A DNA stretch of 64,000 bases from contig OZ024745.1 in assembly GCA_964016885.1 (NCBI GenBank), positions 16,616,001 to 16,680,000 on the forward strand. Reading direction: 5' to 3'. Position numbers and translations under genes: made by a program. Shown here piece by piece: positions 13,438 to 26,408 of this stretch (position 1 is the stretch's first letter; each line of letters begins with the position of its first letter). The notes beneath the pieces were generated by a model that made no database searches, was not told the DNA's origin, and saw nothing but the letters and a program-made list of their open reading frames with translations. The DNA is from Eledone cirrhosa. Lineage: Eukaryota.

Positions 13438-13444
<7 letters not shown>
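13085..13444. mobile_element. Penelope pLTR-like fold-back element (arms ~13185-13279 / 13350-13444) with two damaged hammerheads
   Basis: Clear inverted repeat. Same family as 21447-21993 and related to 24677-24731. The minus copy has lost 3 nt of the core and the plus copy begins inside the core (ATGA-GGTCATAGCCATT..GAAATATATATA-GCAGT). Confidence 0.75.
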
Positions 13445-13521
<77 letters not shown>

Positions 13522-13774
13522 ATTGATGCCTGAGGGAAAGGAGTACTCAATATAGAACTAGAGTTTTAATATTCCTTTTATGAAGGTTGAGTAGTGAGTG
13601 TTGTTACTCTGGGGCTTCGTCCGTTTCGAAACTCAAGAATAACAAGACTCACTATTCAGTCTAAATAAAATGAATATAAATACGTTTTATTTGTTCAACA
13701 ATATACATACATACATACATACATACATACATACATACATACGTACATACATACATACATACATAAATACATAC

Positions 13775-13838
<64 letters not shown>

Positions 13839-13888
13839 ATAGCCGTCGAAACGGCTTGTGCTCTGCCGTCGGCGTCTTGACTCTTTTC

Positions 13889-13949
<61 letters not shown>

Positions 13950-14066
13950 TATATATATAATGCATAGACGGTTGTCCCCCGTGCTTCTGCTGGACATCAC
14001 CAGAGGGCGTTAGCCCCCCGGTGTTTGCGTAGCTACGGCTTCCTAAAACCGTATTTCTTTGGAGAT

Positions 14067-14129
<63 letters not shown>

Positions 14130-14130
14130 C
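13442..14130. repeat. Mosaic of (TA)n, (TG)n and (TACA)n microsatellites with short element fragments between them
   Basis: Direct observation. Confidence 0.9.
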
Positions 14131-14529
14131 GAAGGAAATGTGGTAAGGAACCAGGTGGACCATAACGAACCAAAGTACTCAATACTTAGGGTAGTATTAG
14201 TCCAGAATTAGCCGTCGAAACGGCTTGAGCTCAGCCGTCGGGGTCCTACTCGTTCCTATATATATATATATAAATATATATAGTAGGACATAAAGTAATT
14301 AACATAATCACCAAAATGAAAATAGAATAAACATCTATCATATTCAGTCGAATAATAATTAATGGAACGTCCTTTAGAGTTGAAAATAACTCAGAATATA
14401 ATTTTGACTCAATCATTTATTAGTTGTATTGCAATGTCAAATTGAGACAGAGTGAAGGTGAAATATAAGAGAAACCTGAACATAACCAATGCCAAGTGGG
14501 GTGAACATTAACATAAATATCTACGGAAG

Positions 14530-14881
14530 GTTAAGGAGTTTGAATACAAAAATACCTTAATTTTTATATTATTTATTTAGTTTATATTTACCAATTCAAT
14601 TTGATTAGTTTCACAGTTGTATAATAAATTATTGGAGAAAAAGAGAGAGAAATAGAGATAGAGAGAGATAGAGGGGAGAGATTAAAACAGAAATCTTAAT
14701 CAATAGATTCTACTAAGTTTATAGTCATAATTAAAGATAAAATGAAACGTGTTAAGGAGTAAGAAAAAATTTCTAACGTTTAGATTATTTTTTTTAGAAT
14801 TTAATTCCACTTTTATTGAATTAGTTTTACCAAAGATGTATCAGAAATTATTGGAGAGAAAGAGAAATACAGAGAGAGAGA

Positions 14882-14958
<77 letters not shown>

Positions 14959-15056
14959 AAGAGAGAGGGAGAGATAGAGAGAGTAAAACAGAAATCTTAA
15001 TACATATATTGTACTAAGTTTATAAACATAATTAAAGATAAAGTAAAACATGTGTT
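14530..15056. repeat. Diverged tandem duplication (~220-bp unit); (GA)n expanded in the second copy
   Basis: GTTAAGGAGT...AAATTATTGGAGA...TAAAACAGAAATCTTAAT...CATAATTAAAGATAAA occurs at 14530-14750 and 14751-15056. Confidence 0.85.
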
Positions 15057-17929
15057 CTGACTTTCGTTGGAACTTCTAATTACTAGTAATAAGTTTGTCA
15101 ATGAAAGTGACAAATTCATCAATATATAGATGACATCGATGAACACGAAATACAAAATGAAAGGGGTTGGTACGCTTATTATTATGGCTGAAAATGCGGG
15201 GAACCTTGAAAAGAATACCCAAGCTAATTAGCTTTAATCTAAATATTGTCAGATTCTCGATTGGAGCAATGAGAAAATTGTATAACCAAAAGAGAAAGTA
15301 ACAAGCCAATTCAAATTTGACATAAATTTTATAGACGATGTAATTTTATTTATCTTCTTTGAATTTCAGAACCACGTGTATCAATTATCGGAGTAACTTA
15401 AACTGTCGACACATCATTTATCTTAGAAGATATCGAAATAAGAACATTCCAAGATTTCAACCAACTAAAAGTTTGAAAATGCTGTTGGTATCAGTGCTAA
15501 TTTTTCACCAACTGACATACTATTCAGCAGTCTTATTATGGAGATAGGCAGTGTAATAATTTAATCTGTTGCACCAGAAATAAAACAAACAAACAAACAA
15601 AACGCAGTTTATTCACATAGACAGACAAAAAAATTCTTGTGAATCTAGCATTAGCTTATGAACTAAACGTCATTAATTAAGGGTGCTAGACAATTAAATT
15701 TTCAATATTTGGAAGAAAATTAATGTTGGCTCGGGTTATATTAAATTAACTGAAATATTAATATTTATACGGAATTCGGATTTATTCCACATGAACAGTT
15801 TTGTTTAGAATTCACATTGACCATATTAATCTTTCAGATTCTTCGGCTAAAAACTATTTCACGTGAAATTGTATATATGTATCCTAATATTTACCAGCTA
15901 GGAATTTTACATAATTTAAATTATTAATAGTAAGTTAACATAATTTAAACAAAGTACATACGTTAGTTTAACAATACTGTAACTCAGTTTATACAACTTT
16001 CTTTTTCACGTTTTCGGAATCGATGACGTACCATTTCAGGCGCGGTGAGTTGACTGAATTTTGAAACAGTTAGGCTGCATTCTGCCGGCATCTTATCTAT
16101 GTGTATTCTGAGTTCAGATCCTGCCTTCTGTCACTGGAATAAGACGATGATGCTTCTACCAGGATAGTATCAATGATGAGAAGACCAATCTACACGTACT
16201 TCACCTGGCCCCATTTGATAACGGGCTCCCTATATTTTATTTTATGAGAATAAAATAGTGGGGAAGCAGTTAATACGATACTATTTTATATTAACTTTCA
16301 AGGGATCATATCAAATCATGGAAATTATTAGAAATAAATCGGTATTAATCTCTCTATCTTACATAAGAAAACTTTGCTTCACTGCCCTTAATTAATTCAA
16401 ATGACCACTTTGTATAAGAAATTTGTCGTAGAAGAGTCACCTTAGCCCCCCCCCCCCCCCTCAAAAAAAGAAAGAAAGAAAGAAAACCTCTTATATTTCC
16501 TTTTAATATTGGCTAAATGTGTCATCCTCTAAATAATTCGTTCAATTTTTATAACGGTCTAAATCCATGTCACAAGTCACTCACCGAACAATTACAGTAC
16601 CGGCATTTTGAAAAATATATTATACTGGATATATAAGTTTTATTCTCATAACAACATAGGAAGTTTAGAAATGTACTCAAGTTGTTATTAGCTTAATCTA
16701 TCAGAATCTTAAAGTAAGGTATGTGTGGCCAGTAGCTAAAAGATAACCAGGTACAGGTAGGTGGGATTATTCGGTTCATTATATTAAATAATGTATTTAT
16801 ATCTAGCCGTTGCACGAATATTTAATGAACTCTTGTCTGCATTGAACATAAAAACAATGTCTTATATATCGTATCATTCTTTCATCTGCAATATATTTTA
16901 CCTGAGTACACATATCAATAACTACATCTTTTCTACAGTAAACGAAACAATTCTTTGAGATATCTTCATATATCTTACGGAAAAGCCGAACGTGGTTATA
17001 TCTAATAAATAATCTATTATTCTTTGTAATAACACAGTGTATAGAAATCTATAGACAGTAACACTTATGTAATATCACACGGAATCATATGTATGAATAC
17101 GAAAGTATTTTTTATTTGCGGATCTGATTATTAAGTTTCAGTTAGTATGCTCTTATCACTATTTACATAAAACAACAAATGATTTTTAGTTTGGTAAATA
17201 CGAGTTCTGACTTCTCGCATTGAAACTGAACAACATTTCTTCGGAACATTTAAAATTTGTATTGTTTGTTTTTTTTCACATTGTTTCTGCTTAATTTTTC
17301 GCTTGTTTATCTTCATAGTAATATGTACCTCACTAAACTACAACTACAAAATATATATGGCGTCATTTAAAAACGTTATCATTTCCTTATCAGGCATTTT
17401 TAAACATGTCAGATGAGAGTATTTGAATTATTCCTCTCATTAATAACATACTTCAGTACTTTTAAATCAATCGATGTTCCTATATATCACTAACTCACTA
17501 GCTGTCACTAAATTTGTCTCGCTAAATTTGTATCAATGCCAGCTTTAAATAGCCTGATTAATACTTATTGCGATAGATCAAAGGTTTATTAACAATAGTT
17601 TTATGACGACAGTTTAGATTTCCTCTCATTAGCATTCAATAATTAGCTCCGAAGAAATGAATGTGTTTGAGAGCGATTCAATCTACATCTGGCAACTCTT
17701 GTATTTTTCTAAACTGATACAACCAAATGATGGCTATGACGACAACGATGATGTTGATATGTTCGATATAGAGGCGAATTCCCAGATTCTAGAGTAAGCT
17801 TGTTTACTTGCTACAAGAACTATATGAGCAGTGCTGGATCTTTAAAGCAACAGGATGCGATTTGCTATAAACAATCCTATACTGGCTGAACAACAATGAA
17901 ATGCTGCTTGAAAACAGAAGGAATTATGG

Positions 17930-18385
17930 TAATAAGGCAAGTAATTTGCTGGTATCTAAACGTCGGTTAAATGAAATATGGTATTATGTTTAATCGACAA
18001 CCGAAAGATGAAAGACAAGAGTTGACCACCGCGGGAATTTAACTCAGAACATAAACAATAGGAAGAAATACCACAAAACAGTTTTCTAAATAACAGTATC
18101 TAATCTAGGCACAAGGCCAGGGAATTGGGACGGAAGAAGTTTGATCAAATTGACCGCAGTACTTGAAGGATGAAAAGCAAAGTTGACCTCCGAGGGTTTT
18201 GAACTCAGAATATGAAGAATCGAAAGAAAAGCTGGAACCCATTTTACTATGCTTTAACGATTCTGCAAATGCACCGTCCTACCAATCAACCTCGATGGGA
18301 TTTGAACTCAGAACCTACAGAGCCAAATCAAGATGCCACGAATCATTTTCTCCGACGCTCTAAAGAACCTGCCAACCCGTCACGC
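17930..18385 (-). mobile_element. Cluster of three decayed tRNA-SINE fragments in tandem
   Basis: Three successive B-box matches (TTAACTCAGAAC ~18040, TTGAACTCAGAAT ~18200, TTGAACTCAGAAC ~18305), plus GGCACAAGGCCAG and GGATGAAAAGCAAAGTTGACCTC. Confidence 0.75.
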
Positions 18386-18848
18386 TAAAAATTAATTAGA
18401 GATGGAAGCTGCTGACTACATGGTGTAAGATATTCACCATTCCACATGACTACCAACTATTTTCCTAAATAATAATTTCGCTTGATCTCATTGAGATTGG
18501 AAAAGTTTTCGCTACTTAATGACATGATAGTCAAAGTTTCAAATATGTATGTAACTTACATAAGTATGTTCAGATGCCAGACAGACACGATCTTCAGTTT
18601 AATCTTTTCTGTGAACATAGTTAACGCCAGAACATTTACATTGATTATGCAGCATTTTCTTTTCTTTAAACTGCGTTGCGGTAGTTACAGAGTACTTACA
18701 CGTAATTCAATGTAATAATAACTACTGTGAAGTTTTACAAGCGTCTTGTTGTAAAGATGTACTCTGTATTTCTTTGTATTGTCAACTGTCTGTGACTACA
18801 TGTGATGCGGCTGTTGTGGCAATGAGCTAAATAATTCACAGTCTTGTG

Positions 18849-18868
18849 TGCTGCTGCTGCTGCTGCGC

Positions 18869-18917
<49 letters not shown>

Positions 18918-19070
18918 CTTCTTCTACTTCTTCTTCTTCTTCTTTTTCTTCTTCTTCTTCTTCTTCTTCTTCTTTTTCTTCTTCTTCTTCTTCTTCTTCT
19001 TCTTCTTGGATGGGCCGTGTGGGTAGAATCCTCAAGCACTCCTTCGAGCGGATCTTCCTGTCGAGATCTA
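18849..19070 (-). mobile_element. RTE-like 3' tail fragment with compound (GAA)n(CAA)n(CAG)n tail
   Basis: GTAGAATCCTCAAGCACTCCTTCGAGCGGATC is similar to 4790-4822 and abuts the trinucleotide array 18849-19008. Confidence 0.65.
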
Positions 19071-19224
19071 TGTAATTCCCAATATTTACCTATGCCTTCT
19101 GTGACTCTATGTGTGTTGTCGTTATTGTAGTGTTGAGCTATGTAATCCATAGCATTGTCTACTGTATGTTTTCTATGTATTGCGATTTATATAGAGATTA
19201 TTTTAATGCAATTCCATATAATAA

Positions 19225-19391
19225 TTGTTTCTACTTTTGGCACAAGTCAGCAATTACCCAGTGTATTACTGGTACTTTATTTTATCGACCCTGTAAGGAT
19301 GAAAGGCGGGATTTGAACTCAGACCACAAAGGGCCGTAACTCTTTGCTGCAAAGCATGGCGTCCGATCCTCTACCGATAATGCCAATCCAC
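19225..19391 (-). mobile_element. tRNA-derived SINE (main family), small internal deletion
   Basis: Near-identical to 1222-1413; ATAATAAT on both sides as probable TSD. Confidence 0.9.
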
Positions 19392-21446
19392 ATAATAATG
19401 ACTATTGAGTGTGTTTCGTATAAGAGTAGTGGTTTTGTAGAATTGTTCTATGCAATTCCTATTAATTCCGTTTAACGTGTGTCTATGTTGCAGTAATTCT
19501 ATGCAATACCTATCATTTATATATATTCTATGTGTCTATATGTGCTCTGATTGTTTTAGAGATAATTTATATATTATTATATAAAGTGTTATCATTGTTG
19601 TAGAGATTTCTTATGTAATTTCTAGCAACCATGTAATGATAACCATATTATTGCGGATTACAAATATGTTTAACATTTTGGTTATTGTCAGCTCAGTTTA
19701 TCTGCAAATGAGGTTTTGTTGGAGTTATAGTAGATCTATATGTGAGGAATGAAGTGGGTAGTTCCATGAAGTTGCGTTTAGGATTTAATAGACAGTTAAT
19801 GTGGTAAACCTGTAAAATATCAAAATACATCTAGACGCTGTGTCTTTAAGGATCTCAGATCGTGAACCTCAAAATTCTAGATATATGTCTTGTTACTATA
19901 TTCTACATAGTTGCGAGAGTTAGAGTTTGTTTGATTTTGTTCATTAAGTCTGTCTTGATTTATTTCATAATTCTCTACGGATTTCTTGAATTTATTCTAT
20001 GCCTACTTTGAAAATGTTATGGTCTTTAATCTGTTTATATTAGTAATTCCGTTAAAAATCCGCTTCTCTCTGTTTGTTAAATACTTGAAAGAAACCATAA
20101 AATCCAAATTACATTACATCAGTAGCCAAAAGACATATAATGAAGTAAACTCTTAAAGTATGATCAATCGTGACCTTCTTGAATGCTATAAATATGCTGT
20201 CCCTTTGTACGTAACTCTCTAATACTGCATTTTACTTTTCACGTCCCTTGTGAACATTTTCATTCAGCAATCAATGACTTAGATTAGTTATTTGTCTTTA
20301 AGACGGTCTTCTTCAAAGTAATATATTTCTTTAAAAACAAACGTTCTAATTGGAGAGACTTGGTATATTGGTGTGATTGAAGATTAGTATTAGTTTTACA
20401 ATTGTAATTTCTAAATCATTTCATTGTGCTAATGAGGATGTTAATTTGTTTTCTGAGATTATTCTGTCTGTTAGAAGTTTAGTTTATTTAAGGGTTCCAA
20501 GTATTTCCTTATATGCAGACTATTTCCAGAATGATCTTAAAGAGGGTAATAACAATATTAGCTCATATTCGTGGAAGGCTGAGTAGATATCATAAGTTAT
20601 GCTAACTGATCATTTATACTGATAAAAGCACCACTTATGATGATTCCTTTGGAAAGGAAGAGTATGTCCTCATAAAGAATTCATATTATATTCCTCATGA
20701 CATGACAGTTTTCCCATACAGAATTGCTTATAATTATCTTGATAATATACTATATACCTGATATTTTAAAATATATTTCCCCTGAAAAATACAATATGAA
20801 ATTGAATATAATGTGATAGCTTAAGAGGATTGTACGTCAAAAACAGATATGTAGTATTAGATGACAAAATATGTATCATACGAGCATTAAATGGAAAATG
20901 AGAAGTTTCATAACTGTGCAGTTCTATTGCTTAAGAAAGTATTTTGAAAAGGTTTTAAGAGTTCTTGATGTATTTATCTGACAAAAATGGATTTAGTTCA
21001 TCGGATATTATGTATGTATAAAAGAGTGAGTACGATAGAAAGTTACCTTAGAATTTTAATGATCTCGAATATTTTCGTATTTTCCATCCATTATGAAAGG
21101 GTGTCCGCAGAGACGGAACCTCAGAGATAAACCTGAGAAATAGAACAGCCATATATGACATTTCTCAAGTTTTTCTTTCATGTTCCCCATACGAACTCTC
21201 CTTGATAATGGATGCAAAGTCAGAAAATATTTGGGATCATTAAAATTGCTAAGGAAACTTTCTATAGTCCTCACAATTTTATCTCACTTCTTTTTCCTCT
21301 ATATATTTTCTCAAATTCTTATTACCTTGGCACTTTTACAAAACACCTATTGTCGAGCTACCAAATACCCAAACTTATTTCCTAGTCGTATGTGTATCTC
21401 ATTTTCCACTATACTTCAAGCAAACTACTTTATATATATATATATA

Positions 21447-21993
21447 GTGACGAAACATAAGTCAATTGCATGAACTCATAATCCTTTATTTACTACTATA
21501 TATATTTCGATGATAGCCATTGAATGGCTATGACCTCAACAGGCAGTTAGTCAGTTCTTAGATAATGCCAGCTCTGTGTTTATAGTGTAGATGGTATCAG
21601 AGCCTTGGGACATATGAGCTTGTTAGGAATAATTTAATGTTGTCAGCATGAATAGTCTTAATTCTCATTGGTCAGTTTGTAGATGCTAGTAGGGTTGGTA
21701 TTTGACCTCAAAGAGTCAGGTGGTGTTTTAAAGTTCAAACCATCAGGCAATATGACAATAGTTCCATATGACTGATTTTCACAAAAAACATTCCTTGTCA
21801 GATATATATTCAATTGAGGTTAATAGCATGAAATAGATACTACAGGTCATTCTTAAATTGAGGAATTTATGTGGAGTGGTACTACTGAAAATTATGGTTA
21901 GAATATAAATAACGGAAGAGTTGTGGTAAGGAACCAGATGGACCATAACGCACCAGAGTACTCAATACTTAGGATAGTAGAGTGGGCAGTCTT
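21447..21993 (-). mobile_element. ~550-bp non-coding Penelope-like element between TA tracts with hammerhead (21492-21547, core mutated to CTGTTGA)
   Basis: Minus strand: ACTGC-CTGTTGA-GGTCATAGCCATT..AATGGCTATCATC-GAA-ATATATAT-A-GTAGT then AATAAA; upstream AACTGACCAATG (CCAAT) and TATAAA. Shares sequence with 13185-13346 and 14128-14195. Confidence 0.75.
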
Positions 21994-22000
21994 CCTTTCT

Positions 22001-22038
<38 letters not shown>

Positions 22039-22069
22039 AAGAATCAAAGAACTGTTCAAAACATTATTG

Positions 22070-22116
22070 TGCTTACAGCTGTTTCCTCCAAACCGAGGTT
22101 TGGATTCTTCGGAGCA
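22070..22116 (-). ncRNA. Mirror copy of the 23126-23172 hammerhead
   Basis: Reverse complement within the left arm of the palindrome. Confidence 0.8.
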
Positions 22117-23125
22117 ATTTATTAATGCATGGACAGTTATATGACCTCCTTTTCAGCCGAGAGACATACCGATACATATTCAAACATTGATACATATTCA
22201 AACATTGTGGCAGTACAAACTTCGAGATTACATTTATATTAATAGGTACAATCAAAAATCAAAATTACAGGTTAAAATACAACATGAAGATAAGCGGTTA
22301 TATAGTGCAAATGTGTGGCACGCATGTGCGTCTTGTTTATATAGTGTGGCAGAGAGATATGTGTGGTAGAGTCACTTAGGTAGGTAAACAAGAGTGTTAG
22401 GTTGGTAGATCTGGTGGCAAATTCTTTATATGATTGATATAGTCTGTGTGTGGAGAAATGTTATAAGCATTAAAAATAGTGCAAGCATTAAAAGTGTCAA
22501 AAGTATTGAAGATGCACAGCGAAGGGATGTCAAGTATTTCATGTACTTCGACATTTTCATGGTCAGGGGAGTGTATTTTTCGATTAAACGCCCCTCACAT
22601 AATCCACGACAATTCGATATTGAGCGTTTGACAATCCAGACTACGATCTCTAACTGGATTGTCAAATACACTCCCCTGACCATGAAAATGTCGAAGTACA
22701 TGAAATACTTGACATCCCTTCGCTGTGCATCTTCAATACTTTTGACACTTTTAATGCTTGCACTATTTTTAATGCTTATAACATTTCTCCACACACAGAC
22801 TATATCAATCATATAAAGAATTTGCCACCAGATCTACCAACCTAACACTCTTGTTTACCTACCTAAGTGACTCTACCACACATATCTCTCTGCCACACTA
22901 TATAAACAAGACGCACATGCGTGCCACACATTTGCACTATATAACCGCTTATCTTCATGTTGTATTTTAACCTGTAATTTTGATTTTTGATTGTACCTAT
23001 TAATATAAATGTAATCTCGAAGTTTGTACTGCCACAATGTTTGAATATGTATCAATGTTTGAATATGTATCGGTATGTCTCTCGGCTGAAAAGGAGGTCA
23101 TATAACTGTCCATGCATTAATAAAT

Positions 23126-23172
23126 TGCTCCGAAGAATCCAAACCTCGGTTTGGAGGAAACAGCTGTAAGCA
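23126..23172 (+). ncRNA. Minimal type I hammerhead ribozyme
   Basis: TGCT-CCGAAGA-ATCCAAAC(CTCG)GTTTGGAG-GAA-AC AGCT GT-A-AGCA. 7-bp stem II, palindromic stem III ACAGCTGT, GUA triplet, U4C core variant. Confidence 0.8.
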
Positions 23173-23373
23173 CAATAATGTTTTGAACAGTTCTTTGATT
23201 CTTATATTTCATATAACTGCTCTGTAAATCATCTGATGTTTTTACATTGAGCTACTTAACTTACTGGTAATAAGGTAGTAATACATTACTGCCTACCACT
23301 ATTTAGGGTGTATGTAAAATACTTATAACTGCTTAAGGTTTTGTATTTACATAACCATAAATAGTATAACTAA

Positions 23374-23459
<86 letters not shown>

Positions 23460-24479
23460 ATTTATATATGTGTGTATATAATATATATATCTGTTATTAA
23501 TTCTGGCAATATTACGCAAATATGACCCTCCCCAAGTATAACAATATATATATATATATATATATATAATAAAGGGTCGGGACCTCCCTCAAGCTATATG
23601 GACAATAACAACACATTGGCATGGGAACATCCCTCAAGCTATAGGGACAGTAGCCCCTCAACACCGAGCCCACAATAAAACACAATCACCACCCTACCCC
23701 TGCCTCGATCGACTCCTATGGCAACACATACCTGTGCATATGTCCATACATGGATACTGTTGTTTAAGATTGTGTATACATATATACTTACATGTTTGTG
23801 TGTGTGTGTACATATGTATGTATATATGTGTATATATATATAGGTGTGTGTGTGTGTATAATGTATGTGTGTGTGTGTGTGTAGATTTGGGATGCACCTG
23901 AGCCTGTGTTTGTGCGTGTGTGCTTGCAACGATGTGCGTTGACATACACGCATATGTACTTTATGCCGAAATAAGAACTGTAGTGCTCTGCATTTCCTGA
24001 TTTTGACACTCAGCTTTTGGTATTTTACACTCCACTCTTGTCTCATTTGCTCTTAAAACGCACCACCCCATGGTAGTGTAAGGATTGCAATCCATTGCAC
24101 TTCTCGATTCTGACACACAGCCTTTCTACTTCACTCAATATTTTCCAAATCTTTCAAACTTTGATATTTTATTTTATTCTTGTATTTTTTTATTTCTTCA
24201 TTTTATTGTATCTTTTTTTTTTTTCTTATTTTTTATTTCTTCATGTTACTTTATTTTATTTCTTTATCTGTTTGGCACCCCCACCACGTGAAATGGTGGC
24301 AGGATAGATGCCAACCCACACACACAACTTCTTCTGAACATAGCAGCAGCCGAACTAAAGCTGACCTGCCAGCTGACCCCTTAACACCAATATCATTACC
24401 AACACAGGGGAGGAGGTCAGCTGTATTTAACAAAAACAACCACAACAGATTGTCTTGCCTCAGAAAAATGTCTATAGAC

Positions 24480-24875
24480 TCTTGACTGAGGAATGTTCTC
24501 ACAACTGACCAATGGGAGGAGAGAGTGTCCTAGGGGCCGGAATTTGTTTGTTCGAATTCATACGATTCCAGTTCCTCAGAGAAATAACAACCCAATCAGG
24601 AGCTGGACATATCGGAGTATAGACGGAGTAAAACACTTTAACAACATGTGTACCTGTCTCTACCACACCAATTCGAACTGCCTGAAGAGGTCACAGCCAA
24701 TGATGGCTGTCAGCGAAATATATATAGCAGTATATCTTTAATAAACGAAGCGAAATTTTAAATATTTGACTTAATTATTTTACATTACTCCGGAGTAACC
24801 AAACCAACCTGCGTACTTCGTCGAGTGCTCCAATCTGCATACTGAGGTGTTGGTAAACAACCAACATATACTAAA
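24480..24875 (+). mobile_element. Solo Penelope pLTR-like element: CCAAT boxes, hammerhead, AATAAA, tail, ending at (TA)n
   Basis: AACTGACCAATG at 24503 (shared with 21666-21677 minus), hammerhead 24677-24731, AATAAA ~24740. Tail GAGTGCTCCAATCTGCATACTGAGGT is homologous to the reverse complement of 13130-13157. The 5' boundary is uncertain. Confidence 0.7.
24677..24731 (+). ncRNA. Minimal type I hammerhead ribozyme, canonical core
   Basis: ACTGC-CTGAAGA-GGTCACAGCCA(ATGA)TGGCTGTCAGC-GAA-AT ATAT AT-A-GCAGT. Perfect 5-bp stem I, palindromic stem III, AUA triplet. Confidence 0.85.
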
Positions 24876-25562
24876 TATATATATATAATTAGGGCTGTCT
24901 ATCTATCTTCAAACTGCTATACGTATCTGTAGTTTGGTTTTTGATGTTCATGTCCAAAAATAGATACTTATGTAAAGTAGAGATACAATTGTGTAAGAAG
25001 ATATAGGGATTGATATACAAATAATTAGATATACAGCATGAAAGATAGACAGAGATACAGAGTTAGATAGGTGTCGTAAGATCAACACATCGTTAATCGC
25101 AGCACTAGTTGAGCTCTGATCCCGTTGTTTCTTATATAGTTGTATATCTGGCAAACCTTATGTACTGCACCTTATGTGCTGACGGGGAAACTTATAAACG
25201 AATTGAGGGGCATTTCTGCAGTTGCTTAGTCTTCTTGATATAAAAAGCCTAAGAAACATTATACCCTCCTTGGAATGTCTTTCATTATAGTTTTTTTAAC
25301 AGGACTGGGAGCATTTCATCTAACACTCTACAATTTTGTTTTGCCTACCTCAAGAACTAAAAAACACATATAAATATCAAGTAGGCCGCTTATATATTCT
25401 TCAAATTAACTACATGTGTATTTCTATAGTACAAACGCTTCAAATAACATCAGTTTTCTGAATAACCAAACTATATTTATTTGGACAGCTGCTTTAAATT
25501 ATTGAATTATTTAAAGTCGAGCTATACACACATATGATACACATTTAAGTATTCATATATTT

Positions 25563-25860
25563 ATGCATTCATATATTTATGCATACATACATACATATAT
25601 AGAGACATACCTATATACATCAACATTCATACATCACAATACATACATACACGCGTACATACATACATATATACATACATGCACACATATATACATACAT
25701 ATATGCATACATAAATGCATATATATATATATATACTCACATAATACATGGATCCATACATACACATATACATTCACACCATACATACATAAACACACAT
25801 ATATATATATACATACAAACATACATACATATATCAACGTAAATACATACATACATCAAC
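25563..25860. repeat. Degenerate (TACA)n/(TA)n low-complexity tract
   Basis: Direct observation. Confidence 0.9.
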
Positions 25861-26327
25861 ACTTATAAATTATAGAAATTATGTACCATTATAGAGGTCA
25901 AGTGTTTTACAGATGTGTATATTTATTTTTTAAATATTTACGTGTAACTGCTTCGAAACCAACACATTTTCCTCAAAGTTTATGAATTGATGTTAAAAGA
26001 AAGTTAACTGAGCTTTGGCTTTCGTAATTGAAATGAAGGGCAGTGCAGGAAATGTTGAACGGCCTAAACAGTAAAATTTAAAATATTTAGACTAATAGAC
26101 AGGTATTTGCATATATTAATATTTGCCCGTACACAAAATATAAAGGGCCATATTCATTGCACACAATAGGAAAAGAACACACCATAAAAAACAAATAAGA
26201 TACTCAAATACCTATACATATTAATTAGATTCTAAGCGGTAAACGCACTCAAAAATACTGTGCACATTGTGACAAGAACAGATAACTACATAAAATTTCC
26301 ATAATAAACATATATGAAATCACATGG

Positions 26328-26408
<81 letters not shown>

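Larger units (their letters stand above)
22027..23378. mobile_element. Penelope-like fold-back insertion: 552-bp inverted arms (22027-22578 / 22664-23215), 85-bp spacer, right arm continuing as a ~160-bp tail, embedded in (TA)n
   Basis: Mirror-identical ORFs in the track (22426..22812- / 22430..22816+; 22073..22255- / 22987..23169+); no mismatch noticed by eye; one hammerhead per arm. Confidence 0.85.

Noticed and set aside
19780-21260. Possible highly decayed LINE on the minus strand
   Set aside because: Composition is suggestive but I could not recover any unambiguous RT motif; needs a translated search.
22426-22816. Mirror-image 128-aa ORFs on both strands with a hydrophobic C-terminus
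   Set aside because: A consequence of the DNA palindrome; no recognisable domain.
23585-23649. Direct repeat TCCCTCAAGCTATA.GGACA twice with a spacer, CRISPR-like at a glance
   Set aside because: Only two units, eukaryotic context, no cas genes; a simple local duplication.
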